DNA of 64,000 nucleotides. Source: Macrostomum hystrix (lineage: Eukaryota; Animalia; Platyhelminthes). The stretch spans positions 17,050,001 through 17,114,000 of the forward strand of contig CATNEN010000038.1 in assembly GCA_950097015.1 (NCBI GenBank). The letters run 5' to 3'. Positions 1-12,639 of the stretch are shown here, one piece after another. A program made the translations under genes and the position numbers. Every line of letters begins with the position of its first letter. Position 1 is the stretch's first letter. Under the pieces are notes generated by a model. That model made no database searches. It had not been told where the DNA came from and saw only the letters and a list, made by a program, of their open reading frames with translations.

Positions 1-300
1 ATAAATATGTAGCCTGTCTGTGTAACACAATATATAAAACTAGGAATATATATTTACTATATCGATATTGAATAACATCTTGTTTTATTGCTTATTTCAA
101 ACTGCCACGCTAAATTATTTTCTAAGAAACAATTACATAAATCAATGCTCGATAGAATTGGATCTGTTCTCGAATTTCTACACCATAATTACGACGACTG
201 CTAAGATGGTACTACATGGACTTTGACAGGACTAAATTAGCTATTCATTGATCGTATTCTCTGTTACTTTTTCTGAATTAAAGGCTTTCCGCGAACAAAA

Positions 301-3300
301 ATGTTTTTCTCAATAGTCATACCAGAGATTATAATTGCAAATCGCACTTTATTATTCTGCCTTGGTGTAACAGGTAACGATCAGGAAAATTTAGATTTTG
401 TAAAATCTCGCCTTGCATGCTTAGCTGACTTCGTGACTTCCTGTGGTAGCCTGTTATTTATCGCATTTTTGTATTTTTATAGCTGTTGTTATTGATGTAT
501 GTGTGGTGCGAAAATAAAATATAATAAACAGATCTAAAAAAGAAAATCTAAAATAGACATAATGATTTTATATTTTTCTTTCTCAGATTAGCTGATGGCG
601 ACAGATTAGGTTTAAAATGGAATTGTGATCAGTTGTTGCTACTGCAAATACTAAAGTCAGTGATATGAAAGACTACTTTTAAAAGAAAAATAGTTTATTT
701 CATTTATTGACTAAAATTTTTATGCATAATAATAATAGACTATAAATTTGGATTTAAAAGTGCTAAAAAGTTTTAGGGTTTGCAATTAAAACCAGAACAT
801 CTTAGAACAGTCTAGGAATGAATGTTTGATAAATTATTTTTGTCTTCCTTTTTATTGGGTTTTAAAGTTTCATGGAATGTGAATACTTTTATTGTATTTT
901 TATTTCAATAAGATTTTGAAAACAATTTTAAGTATTTTTATGTTTGTTATATATATAAGTAAAGCAAGTAATCATGACATAAAAATTTAGACTTGCGTCT
1001 AAATTGAGACTTGTATTTACCCCATAAACTTTCAATAATGGCAGCAAACAGCAGAAAACGAATTCCAGATTCTATGTGGAAAATTAATAAATTCTGTTTT
1101 CTTTAAATTAATGTTTTGCTTTCTCTTTATTGTCAGCTGAAAATTAATTTATTAATATGAATCGCACCTGACATCAGGTATCAGTCTTGCTCTACTACGT
1201 CGTTGGTTTGCCGGAGGTCGAGCTAAAATAATTTATGAAGCCGGCGACTGTTCAGTGTCAACGCCGGATGGTCAAACCCGCCGTCGTTTAGTCCTCATCA
1301 CCGGCGCCAACTCAGGCATTGGCCTGGCTACCGCATTGGAACTGGTTCGCCTTCGCCTTGCTCAAGTCTGCCTGGCCTGCCGGCGCCCGGAGCAGGCAGC
1401 CTCGGCTGCCGTCGACATTCAACGCCAGACTGGCGCCGACGCAAGCGACATCTTCGCTGCTGATGAGTCGCTCGATTTGTCATCGCTGGCGTCGGTGAGA
1501 AAGTTTGCCAAAGCCTTCTGCCGACGTCACCGACAATTGGACGTGCTGCTGAATAATGCTGGCGTCATGGCCTGCCCGGAGTCCGTCACAGAGGACGGTT
1601 TCGAGTGCCAGCTGGCTGTGAACCATCTTGGCCACTATCTGCTCACTCGGATGCTCATTGGGCCGCTTCGGCGAGCTAGAGCTGCCAGGGTGGTCACTGT
1701 TTCTAGCAAAGCGCACGAGTGTGAGTGCCAAAGATTCGGCTTGTTTGGCCTCGCCCATAAGTTTCTGTCATGTTTTGTTCAGATTTTTTTCTGTTCTGTG
1801 TTTTTCTGGCGTCCTGGGAAGCTCTCCTCGGTTCCTCAGATTCATGAATGTCATTCCTAAGCGTGTCCACTGGCTCTGAATGTCATTCCTACCCGTGTCC
1901 ACTGGCTCTGAATGTCATTCCTACCCGTGTCCACTGGCTCTGAATGTCATTCCTACCCGTGTCCACTGGCTCTGAATGTCATTCCTACCCGTGTCCACTG
2001 GCTCTGAATGTCATTCCTACCCGTGTCCACTGGCTCTGAATGTCATTCATACCCGTGTCCACTGGCTCTGAATGTCATTCCTACCCGTGTCCTCTGGCTC
2101 TGAATGTCATTCCTACCCGTGTCCACAGGCTCTGAATGTCATTCATACCCGTGTCCACTGGCTCTGAATGTCATTCCTACCCGTGTCCACTGGCTCTGAA
2201 TGTCATTCCTACCCGTGTCCACTGGCTCTGAATGTCATTCATACCCGTGTCCACTGGCTCTGAATGTCATTCCTACCCGTGTCCACAGGCTCTGAATGTC
2301 ATTCATACCCGTGTCCTCTGGCTCTGAATGTCATTCATACCCGTGTCCACTGGCTCTGAATGTCATTCCTACCCGTGTCCACTGGCTCTGAATGTCATTC
2401 ATACCCGTGTCCACTGGCTCTGAATGTCATTCCTACCCGTGTCCACTGGCTCTGAATGTCATTCATACCCGTGTCCACTGGCTCTGAATGTCATTCATAC
2501 CCGTGTCCTCTGGCTCTGAATGTCATTCATACCCGTGTCCACTGGCTCTGAATGTCATTCCTACCCGTGTCCTCTGGCTCTGAATGTCATTCCTACCCGT
2601 GTCCACTGGCTCTGAATGTCATTCCTACCCGTGTCCTCTGGCTCTGAATGTCATTCATACCCGTGTCCTCTGGCTCTGAATGTCATTCATACCCGTGTCC
2701 ACTGGCTCTGAATGTCATTCATACCCGTGTCCTCTGGCTCTGAATGTCAATATTTCACTTTATCCTTTGCTTTCATTTGCCATTAGCGCAGGTTTAACCA
2801 GCTTTAATATTTTTTCTATCTGGGCGATGATGCATGCGATGAAATTTTACCCTTATGTTTATTTGAGGCAGGTTAGTGCAAAGTTAGCTAATTACATAAA
2901 ATTATGCTTTAATGTCGGCTGAGAAAATAACCAATTAGTAATTAGACTGTCATTGGTGGGTCTGTTTAATCTATTTATTTGTCCTTTTTTAGGGGGCCGA
3001 ATCCACTGGGACAACTTAAACCTCACTGGCGAGTACACACCATTCAAGGCCTATTCGCAGAGCAAGCTGGCTAATGTACTATTCACAAGAGCACTGGCTA
3101 TGAGGCTCGCTGGTGAGACACTGATGAGCTGTATTTGTCAGTCTGAAAGTGCTTAAAACTTTTTGTGTATTCTAATGCTACTAAAATAACGGATTTCTTT
3201 GCTTTCAGTTTCTTTGGCTCCTGTTAAGTTTAATTGACGTCTGTTTCACAATTAACAATGATTCTTTTGTTGTCTTTTATCATACTTAACAAAACGCGAA

Positions 3301-5093
3301 ATAAATAATTATTTTTAACTCCTCGTCCTAATATATGTATCAATAAAATCAATCCTTTAAAAAGAATTTTTATGGCGTACCGAGCACGAGGATAAAATTT
3401 GATTGGCTCACAATATCGATTTGTTTTATGTCTAACTCTAAGTGTCAATCGAACCTTTCTGATTGGCTGGCAACTAGTTAACCCTTCTGCGGCTCCTCTA
3501 GTTTTCAAATTATATTTTCATACCATTCAGCCATTTCTTATTGGCTGGCACATCTGTGTAGCTGTCTGCGCAGTCCTCCATATTTTTTCTTATCCCTCAG
3601 CAATTTCTATTGGCTGGCGCCTGGTCTGCTAACTTTTGTTTACACGACTCATTAACTCTCTCTTATTGGCTGTCTCAGTTTTCAGCTTCTCTCACCACGG
3701 CCTCACCCTATTGGACAAGAGCTTTATTTTTAATTAGCCGCGATTTCTCTTTGATTTGATTGTCTCCGTCTCTTAAAGCATCGGTTTCTGATTCCGTTTG
3801 GCCTCCGCACCGCAGCCCGCGGAGATGATGTCACCGCTTATTGCCTGCACCCCGGCGCCGTGCAGACAAACCTCGGTCGTCACCAGCCAGCCTATTTTTT
3901 GGCCATATTTCGCGCGGTTGCCTGGCTGATGTTAAAGCGACCAGTTGAAGGGGCGCAGACAAGCTTGCATTGTGCCCTGGCACCTGTTGCCACATTGTGC
4001 AATGGTGGCTATTACAGGTTGCTTTGTTGCTTGATAAGATACATTTCAATTGAGAACTTGGAAGTTCTGGTTTATGCTTTTCGCATCGTTCGCATGGCGA
4101 ATTAAAGAAATAATTGTCTGATTTTCTCTGCAATATTCAAACTTGGTTGAGTAAATGCATGCTTTAGCGAAGAGCACTCTGCTTGTTTGTTATGTTTTCG
4201 TTTTGTTTTGAAATTACAGAAACACTAATTAATAATGGTCTGAAACCCTATTTACTATAATTGATTAAATGCTAGGCTTTTCTTTGGTGTTAAAAACTGT
4301 TTTTATGCTACAATTCTTTTTACTTGGTATTAGAGGCAATATCTCAACGTCTAATTGATTGTCTATTAAAATTTCCTATGCTTTGTTTTTATGGCTCGTA
4401 TTTTAATAATCACAAAACAATAAATAATAATAATAATAATTGCAGGACGGCTGCACATCATTTGGTGACACTAGACCCGCAGCCAGCGAGGAGGCAATTC
4501 TGCCCATTTCGCTGACTCCTGAGCACACACGCACACAGATACTGTACGCAGGCACACGCTCACACAGGTGTGTACACCTGCCCTGACTTTCTCATCGTCA
4601 GGCAGTGTACAATTTCATTGTGCCTTGGAGGTTGGCCCTCAAGGGCGTAAGTTGCACGACAAGCCCCTAAGCCTTCTCTCCGCAACTGCGCCCAAATGAA
4701 TGTGGCCTCGCCGCAGAATTGAGCTCAGGGACCTTGGCGCGAGAGGCAAACGCGTTAACCGCTCTGCCACCGACCCCATAACAATTATATAATTTGCAAT
4801 GGTACATTTTGCAATGCATCTTTTGCCTTCTGTTCACTATCTGTTTATATTAAGCTAGTTAACTTACTTCCAAACTATGAAAACTGAAACCGTTTGAAAA
4901 GTATGTGAACTGAAGCGCTATAGGATTAGGTCTATTAATATTCCTTAATTTCCACAAATATCGCAGTGACTGCCAGCTGACTCAGCCATCGAAACTCGCC
5001 CAAGTTGACGCTGACGCCGAGAAGCTCTGGTTGATCAGCGAGAAATTGGTCGGCCTGCCTACCGACTCGTTCGACAACGACCCTAACATCTAG
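301..5093 (+). CDS. Short-chain dehydrogenase/reductase, RDH11/12/13-like (5 exons, 354 aa)
   Basis: Exons 301-373, 1178-1720, 2993-3112, 3816-4017 and 4967-5093 have GT-AG ends, matching phases (1,1,1,2) and total 1065 nt. Motifs: hydrophobic N-terminal anchor followed by RRWFAGG, TGANSGIG (TGxxxGxG), LLNNAG, VNHLGHY, VSSKAH, catalytic YSQSK (YxxxK), LHPGAVQTNL, EGAQT, and YYSDC...AEKLWLISEKLVG. Confidence 0.93.
1846..2748. repeat. 32-bp minisatellite (~28 copies) in SDR intron 2
   Basis: Unit GAATGTCATTCCTACCCGTGTCCACTGGCTCT; period 32 (1878, 1910...). Confidence 0.97.
4420..4777 (-). mobile_element. tRNA-derived SINE family 1, near full-length copy in SDR intron 4
   Basis: Minus strand begins GGGGTCGGTGGCAGAGCGGTTAACGCG (A box TGGCAGAGCGG), has a degenerate B box and ends in an (ATT)n tail. 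Homologous to copies at 9807, 24946, 26242, 52612 and 58636. Confidence 0.9.
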
Positions 5094-5198
5094 TAAACCT
5101 GTCACGATCTTTATTCAATACTTTTAAAATCATCATCGATCTACAAATTTCGAATTACATTTTTAGTAAAATATAATCGTGAACAAACATTTTATAGA

Positions 5199-5900
5199 AC
5201 TGGAGGTCCTGAGGTTCTATAGCCAGAGGTCCTGAAGTTCTAGAGCCAAGGGTCCTGAGTTTCTAGAGCCGGAGGTCCTGAAGTTCTAGAGCCGGTGGTC
5301 CTGAAGTTCTAGAGCCGGAGGTCCTGAAGCTCTAGAGCCGGAGGTCCTGAGTTTCTAGAGCCGGAGGTCCTGAGAGCCGGAGGTCCTGAGGTTCTAGAGC
5401 CGGAGGTCCTGAGGTTCTAGAGCCGGAGGTCCTGAAGTTCTAGAGCCGGAGGTCCTGAAGCTCTAGAGTCGGAGGTCCTGAAGCTCTAGAGCCGGAGGTC
5501 CTGAAGTTCTAGAGCCGGAGGTCCTGAAGCTCTAGAGCCGGAGGTCCTGAGTTTCTAGAGCCGGAGGTCCTGAGAGCCGGAGGTCCTGAGGTTCTAGAGC
5601 CGGAGGTCCTGAGGTTCTAGAGCCGGAGGTCCTGAAGTTCTAGAGCCGGAGGTCCTGAAGCTCTAGAGTCGGAGGTCCTGAAGCTCTAGAGCCGGAGGTC
5701 CTGAAGTTCTAGAGCCGGAGGTCCTGAAGCTCTAGAGCCGGAGGTCCTGAGGTTCTAGAGTCGGAGGTCCTGAGTTTCTAGAGTCGGAGGTCCTGAGAGC
5801 CGGAGGTCCTGAGGTTCTAGAGCCGGAGGTCCTGAGGTTTTAGAGCCGAAGGTCCTGAGGTTCTAGAGCCGGAGGTCCTGAGGTTATAGTGCCTGAGGTC
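5199..5900. repeat. 23-bp minisatellite
   Basis: Unit GAGCCGGAGGTCCTGAAGTTCTA; period 23. Confidence 0.96.
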
Positions 5901-6423
5901 TACCCTGAAGTCCAGAGTTTCAGAGTTACTGAACTGTTACACCACTACATTATTTTATGTATTGTAGTTATAGTTGGTCTTGTGCTGAGCTATTTGTTAT
6001 ATATTTATGTTACGATGGAATTACATTAGGTTGCTGCGTTGTTTGCTACAAGCTTTTGCTAACATTTTTTAAACTTTTTAACTCCCTTTAACCTTCTTTG
6101 TTAATATATTTTACTTCCACTGGTATTAGAATTTTCGAACAGCTAATTATTTTTTGTGGACCCATGGCTTCTCGTTTTCTACAACTGAACTTCATGGCTT
6201 AGTGACTAATAGTACTATTTTGTTAGCGAGGATTTTTGTCATACTTCCTTGCCCTATTATACCTAACAGTTTTGGAAATTGTTTCCCAACGAAAACAGGA
6301 ACCAGGCCAACGTCTTTATCTACTGCAATAAATGTTTTCTATAATATACAATGGTCATCGTTTCTATTTTTAAGTGGATTTCTTAACCTCCAATAAACAG
6401 TCTTCAATTGTTTTTACTGAATT

Positions 6424-8080
6424 GAGTGAGTGAGTGAGTGTGTGAGTGAGTGTGTGTGAGTGAGTGTGTGAGTGAGTGTGTGAGTGAGTGTGTGTGAGTG
6501 AGTGTGTGAGTGAGTGTGTGAGTGAGTGTGTGTGAGTGAGTGTGTGAGTGAGTGTGTGTGAATGAGTGTGTGAGTGAGTGAGTGTGTGTGAATGAGTGTG
6601 TGAGTGAGTGTGTGTGAGTGTGTGTGTGAGTGAGTGTGTGAGTGAGTGTGTGAGTGAGTGTGTGAGTGTGTGTGTGAGTGAGTGTGTGTGAGTGTGTGTG
6701 TGAGTGAGTGTGTGTGAATGAGTGTGTGAGTGAGTGTGTGTGAGTGAGTGTGTGAGTGAGTGAGTGTGTGAGTGAGTGTGTGAGTGAGTGTGTGAGTGAG
6801 TGTGTGAGTGTGTGAGTGAGTGTGTGTGTGTGAGTGAGTGTGTGAGTGAGTGTGTGAGTGAGTGTGTGAGTGAGTGTGTGTGAGTGAGTGTGTGTGAGTG
6901 AGTGTGTGAGTGAGTGTGTGTGAGTGAGTGTGTGTGAGTGAGTGTGTGAGTGAGTGTGTGTGTGTGAGTGTGTGTGAGTGAGTGTGTGTGAGTGAGTGTG
7001 TGTGAGTGAGTGTGTGTGAGTGAGTGTGTGTGAGTGAGTGTGTGTGAGTGAGTGTGTGTGAGTGAGTGTGTGTGAGTGAGTGTGTGTGAGTGAGTGTGTG
7101 TGAGTGAGTGTGTGTGAGTGAGTGTGTGAGTGTGTGTGAGTGAGTGTGTGTGTGAGTGTGTGTGTGAGTGAGTGTGTGTGAATGAGTGTGTGAGTGAGTG
7201 TGTGTGAGTGAGTGTGTGAGTGAGTGAGTGTGTGAGTGTGTGTGTGAGTGAGTGTGTGAGTGAGTGAGTGTGTGTGAGTGTGTGTGAGTGAGTGTGTGTG
7301 AGTGAGTGTGTGTGAGTGAGTGTGTGTGAGTGAGTGTGTGTAAGTGAGTGTGTGTGTGTGTGTGTGTGTGTGAGTATGTGTGAGTGAGTGTGTGTGTGTG
7401 TGTGTGTGAGTGTGTGTGTGTGTGTGTGTGAGTGAGTGAGTGAGTGTGTGTGAGTGTGTGTGAGTGAGTGTGTGTGTGTGAGTGAGTGAGTGTGTGAGAG
7501 AGTGTGTGCGTGTGTGTGTGTGAGTGTGTGTGTGAGTGAGTGTGTGTGAGTGTGTGTGAGTGAGTGTGTGTGAGTGAGTGTGTGTGTGTGTGTGTGTGAG
7601 TGTGTGTGTGTGAGTGAGTGTGTGAGTGAGTGTGTGTGTGAGTGTGTGTGTGAGTGAGTGTGTGTGAATGAGTGTGTGAGTGAGTGTGTGTGAGTGAGTG
7701 TGTGAGTGAGTGAGTGTGTGAGTGAGTGTGTGAGTGAGTGAGTGTGTGAGTGAGTGTGTGTGAGTGAGTGTGTGAGTGAGTGTGTGTGTGAGTGAGTGTG
7801 TGTGAATGAGTGTGTGCGTGTGTGTGTGTGAGTGTGTGTGTGAGTGTGTGTGAGTGAGTGTGTGTGTGAGTGAGTGTGTGAGTGAGTGTGTGAGTGAGTG
7901 TGTGAGTGTGTGTGTGAGTGTGTGTGTGAGTGAGTGTGTGAGTGAGTGTGTGAGTGAGTGTGTGAGTGAGTGTGTGTGAGTGAGTGTGTGAGTGAGTGTG
8001 TGTGTGAGTGTGTGTGAGTGTGTGTGAGTGTGTGTGAGTGTGTGTGAGTGTGTGTGAGTGAGTGTGAGTGTGAGTGTGTG
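6424..8080. repeat. (TG)n/(TGAG)n compound microsatellite, ~1.65 kb
   Basis: Almost pure GT/GAGT; source of the spurious His/Thr ORFs. Confidence 0.98.
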
Positions 8081-9228
8081 TCTGAAAACATGCTGTATTT
8101 ACTAACAATTTACTAACTGTTTTGAGAATGTTGAATACGTTTTTAATTTAGATGAGTGAGAGTGAGAGCGAGGAGTGGCAGTTTTTAAGCCAACCAATGA
8201 AGTGTTCGAAAAAATCTTTTGCTACGGGAAGGAAGAAAATATTTTCAGCTTTTTCAGCTTCTTTTCTGGAAATTCAGAAATTTTCTGCTTCTGGAATGGG
8301 CAACATAAAATATCAATCGGGTGAGCACTTGCGTAGCGCTAAATTAAACTTTTTAGATTAGTTTTTCTCTTCCATTACCATATGCATTATGACTTCTGTC
8401 AAGTCGTCAGTCCATGATCATGATGCTAATGTGTTGCAACGTGATTTCGAACAAATAAATTAGTAGCATCATATTACGTCATATTCAAGGACCATTGTAG
8501 TTATACTACAGAGGTCCTTGATTCAGGGTTAATGATTTGATCCCGATGCAAATTCATATTCTGTGCGGAAAAACTAACAAGAGAGAGCTGTGTGACTGTG
8601 ACCTAGGTTCTGTGGTTTGTACTCAGTGTAAGCAATAGTTAGCAAAATTTTGTACTCGTAATTAGTGAAAATTATTCAAGAGGTTGCATGCACCAACCAA
8701 TGGGAAGGAACAGATTAAGATCATATTCTACGGGAAGGAAGTTTTAATTTTAATTTACTCTGCTCTTCATTTACAGACAACTGAAAGTTTGTCTTGGTTC
8801 TCGAAATTGGCGAAAACTCGCGCAACGCTAAAACATTTTAAATTAAATTTAGTTTTTTTCTCAATTTTGGTTGAATGAAATGGTTGAATGAGCAGCTCTC
8901 GAATTGCATCGCATTGAAAGGGCTCGGAGCAGTAAAGCAGAACAGCAGCGTTTCACTTTTCATTATCAAATCTAATCTGCCTCGGCTCGTTAAAAGAGTT
9001 GAATATGAAATATGAATCTTACAATATCGTAAAATCCCCCCCCGAAAACGAGCCGGTTGTCAAGGGATACCAGCACAATATTTTTTTTGCCTGCCAAAAA
9101 AGGCAGGCAGGTCTTAGTTGATGACTGGTGTATATAACGGCTTCAGTGTTTATCCAATTCAGAATCCGCGCGAGAGTCGTCAGCAACAGTTGAAATTCGC
9201 AGCTGAACAATTGATTACGGATTTAGTG

Positions 9229-10472
9229 ATGAAGGAAGAGGCCAAACTGGGCATGCTTGTTCTGCTTCTCTGCTGCGGCAGCACTGTGGCTCTGGGACGC
9301 CAGTTCGAAATCGTGAGCCTCGGCTGCTACGTGGACGGCAAGGATGGAGTGAGAGACTTCCAGGGCCTGAAGAACTGGGGAGTCAACAGGATTGGCAGTG
9401 TAGTGGATGTCATGCAGGAGGACTATGGAATCCGCTCCGAAGCGATGACCTGGGAGCTGTGCAGCGGCTTCTGCGCTCTTGGCGGCTTCCAGTTCATGGC
9501 TATACAGGGCTCGATCTGGTGTGTCTGTGGCAACTCGTACGGCTCGCAGGGACGAGCACCTGACAATGAATGCTATCTTTGTTGTCCGGGGAATTGCGCC
9601 AGGCCTTGTGGAGGCCCATTTAGAAACAGCGTGTTCCAAATCAACTACAAAATTCGTGAGTCCGGTGTCAAGATATCAAAGGCTTTTCATTTGTAGAAAT
9701 GAGTAAGGAGTAAGTTAGCTTGACAGCCGAAGAAGTGGACAAGGCATAACTAACTAATGATTCGGGGATTAAATATTTACCTTTTAGCACTTAAGCTTCT
9801 TGCGGGGGGGTCGGTGGCAGAGCGGTTAACGCGTTTGCCTCTCGCAACAAGGTCCCTGAGCTCGATTCCGCGGCGAGGCCTGTGTACAGTATTTGTGTGT
9901 GTGCTCAGGAATAAGCGAAATTGGTAAAATTGGGGCGCAGCCGCGGAAAGAAGGCTTGGGGGCTTGCCGTGCAAATTACGCAATTGAGAGCCAACCAAGG
10001 CACAGTGAAATTGTACACAGCTTGACAATCAGAAAGCGAAGGTAGATGTTCACAACTGTGTGAGCGTGTGCCTGTGTACAGTATTTGTGTGTGTGTGCTC
10101 AGGAATTAGCGAAATTGGCAGAATTGCCTCCTCGCTGACTGCGGGTCTAGTGTCACCAAATCCTGTACCATGACCCACAGTCCTCCTTCATTTTTTTTTG
10201 TACAAGTTTAATGCCCCTAATTAAAAACGCTGATCGTTGAAGGCGATCAGTTCGTTCCTGGCGACCGGACGTTGATCGGCCTCACAGCTGTGGACGCTCC
10301 TGTCAGCAGGACCCTGAGCGCTCGCGGGCTGATGCAGTGCGTGAGCCGCTGTCTGACTGGCTGCGAGGCCGTGATCTTCATCCCGGAGACTGGGCAGTGC
10401 CACCTGCTGGAGTTCGCAGCTGTGCCGAATGCATTCAAAAACGGAGTCGGCAAGTATTTTGTCCGTGGCTAA
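9229..10472 (+). CDS. Secreted WSC-domain + PAN/apple-like protein, copy 1 (2 exons, 218 aa)
   Basis: Exons 9229-9655 and 10243-10472 (phase 1, GTGAGT...GAAG). Signal peptide LGMLVLLLCCGSTVALG. WSC pattern LGCYVD...MTWELCSGFC...FMAIQGSIWCVCGN...ECYLCCPGN...CGGPFRNSVF. Exon 2 has the PAN-like QCVSRCLTGCEAVIF...CHL. Confidence 0.88.
9807..10200 (+). mobile_element. SINE family 1 copy inside the WSC copy 1 intron
   Basis: GGGGTCGGTGGCAGAGCGGTTAACGCG...GAGCTCGATTCC head plus the family body; carries an internal ectopic duplication at 9878-9925. Confidence 0.9.
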
Positions 10473-11232
10473 ACCTGATAGAGACTTGGTGTACTATTAT
10501 TGCTTAATGCATCGAACGGAAATCATACAGAAAGCTTCTAATGTCCCTCTGCCTGTCTGTCATCTTTATATTATATATCAATGTTCTATTGTCGTACTTA
10601 AGGCACAATTTTTCTTTTATTTTGTATTCTTTATGTGACTGTCCATCTAAAAAATCCAATATACAAAGCATGTGTATTAATTAATCTATAAATATGTTTA
10701 AAAGTGACTAAGGAAAGCTTGTAACTTGTGATATGCACTTTTATAGCCACTTAAAATTGTATGCCTAATAAATTTATTTTGTCTGGCTGTTTGTTTTTGA
10801 AAGTTCTCAACATTTTTTTCATAGCATTGCAACAAATCTAGCTAGAATAAAAGAATTTGAACTGATTTCATACTAAAACAAAACTTCAAATGCTTCAGCT
10901 CAAGCTGAATATGCTTGACATGTCAACCAGACGCTTTACAAAGACTGCACTTCCAGGAAGTGATTTCTGATGAAACGATGATCATTTTTGCAGATATCAA
11001 TGCACTTCAGAGAGGTGGAAACATGGTGTTAAACATGCGCATCTGTAAAGGCTCGTATGAGCATTGTGAACGAGCCTTGACTGACGGTGCCGCATGCCTA
11101 CTGACATTGACATTTGCAACAAGGAATATTTGCAACTTGTTACAACGAACGTATGCCCGTCTTTGTGTATATTTTAGCAGACAGTGGTGTATCACAGATA
11201 TTGCAACACAATGAGTGCTGCATGAGTTAGTT

Positions 11233-12120
11233 TTAGGCGCGGACATAGAACTGGACATTGTTGCTGCTGCTTAGAGCAGTAGGCGCGGCAGCGAACTCCA
11301 GCAGGTAGCACAGGTCAATCTCCGGGTTGAAGATCGCGGCCTCACAGCCCGTGGCGCACAGGATCAGGCATTGTGCCACGTTCAGAGCGCTCATCGTCCT
11401 GTAGGTCATTGGGTCCGATTTGCTCAGGCCGATTAGAGTCCAATTTCCTTTGATGAATTTGCTTTCTGAAGTGATTCAAGTCAGAAGCATCCTGTCTGAT
11501 GCAAATTTCGATTGTATATCTCGTAAAGCTGTGACATAGAATTTTTCAACTCAAAATATGTGGTGCGATTAGACCCGTGGCAGCAGTCAATTGAACTGAT
11601 CTCAAACAGCATCACATTGTTGACAGATTTATTGTTTGTTGAACTCACTGCATTTACTGCCGTAGATGTAGTTTATTTGATACACGCTGTTTCTCCATGG
11701 GCCTCCACAAATCTGGGCTGTGTTTCCATGACAAGTGGAATAGCATTCATAGTCAGGTGCTCGTCCCTGCGAGCCGTACGAGTTGTCACAGGCGCACCAG
11801 GTCGAGCCCTGTATAGCCATGAACTGGAAGCCGCCCAGAGCGCAGAAGCCGCTGCACAGCTCCCAGGTCATCGCTTCGGAGCGGATTCCATAGTCCTCCT
11901 GCATGACATCCACTACACTGCCAATCCTGTTGAATCCCCAGTCTTTCAGGCCCTGCAAGTCTCTCACTCCATCGTTGCCGTCCACGTAGCAGCCGAGGCT
12001 CACGATTTCGAACTGGCGGTATGAAAGCGAAGCAGCGGCAAGGCTCGCAAGCAGGGTCATGAAGCAAGGTATCGCAGGCAGAAAATTCGACATGTCTAAA
12101 AGCTGCAGTTCCGTATACAT
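11233..12120 (-). CDS. Secreted WSC-domain + PAN/apple-like protein, copy 2 (2 exons, up to 234 aa)
   Basis: Exons 12120-11649 and 11465-11233 (phase 1, GTGAGT...TTCAG). Signal peptide, then WSC domain. Exon 2 reads KSKFIKGNWTLIGL...QCLILCATGCEAAIFNPEIDLCYLLEFAAAP...FYVRA*, homologous to exon 2 of copy 1. The start may be a downstream ATG. Confidence 0.88.
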
Positions 12121-12639
12121 TTTTTATTAAATGGATGCCTACTTTCGCAGGCAGTTTCAATTTCTGACTGCAGAGCGCCGTTATTTATGCGAGTCGCTGG
12201 AGCTGCGCATTCTATTTGAATAATGGAGCATTGTCAAATCGAAAATGGCGGCATCAAAGACTCAAACACTTGCGCTGAGGGAGACTCGACTCAACAGGTC
12301 ACGCTACAGTGAGCTATGCGCATGAGCTGCTACACCTGCCTCAGGTGAATACAGATCACAATCGCTGGTGAGGAGCGAATAAAGTGACTGGGAATCCAAA
12401 TTTAGACGTATTCGGGGAGGCGATATATATGCGCACGAAAATTCAATAAGGAGTTTGTTGAACTATCGTCCTGAGAATTTTATGGTATTTTAAAGCATAA
12501 TTGTACAGGCACTCTTACTCTGAGCCATGGGAGTTGGCTACAATGGGCAAATGAACAACAAAATGGCCTTCATTTAATTTTTTAGCAAAACAGAGTTATC
12601 TTTGGACAAGGAACTAGGCGTCGATGCTGTCGCCTTGTA

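Noticed and set aside
1846-2748. CRISPR-like regular repeats of 28-38 bp here and at 14747, 20750, 23400, 55070 and 60382
   Set aside because: Head-to-tail monomers without unique spacers, no cas genes, and a spliceosomal-intron context.
3121-3156. CTGATGAG...GAAA hammerhead-like core
   Set aside because: Stem II does not close directly onto GAAA and no stem I/III partner is present.
6370-8108. 573-aa and 564-aa His/Thr-rich ORFs
   Set aside because: Translations of a TG/TGAG microsatellite.
9088-9118. GC-rich hairpin TGCCTGCC-A6-GGCAGGCA (terminator- or Helitron-end-like); similar case at 53942-53976
   Set aside because: Eukaryotic context, single occurrences and no matching 5' element end seen.
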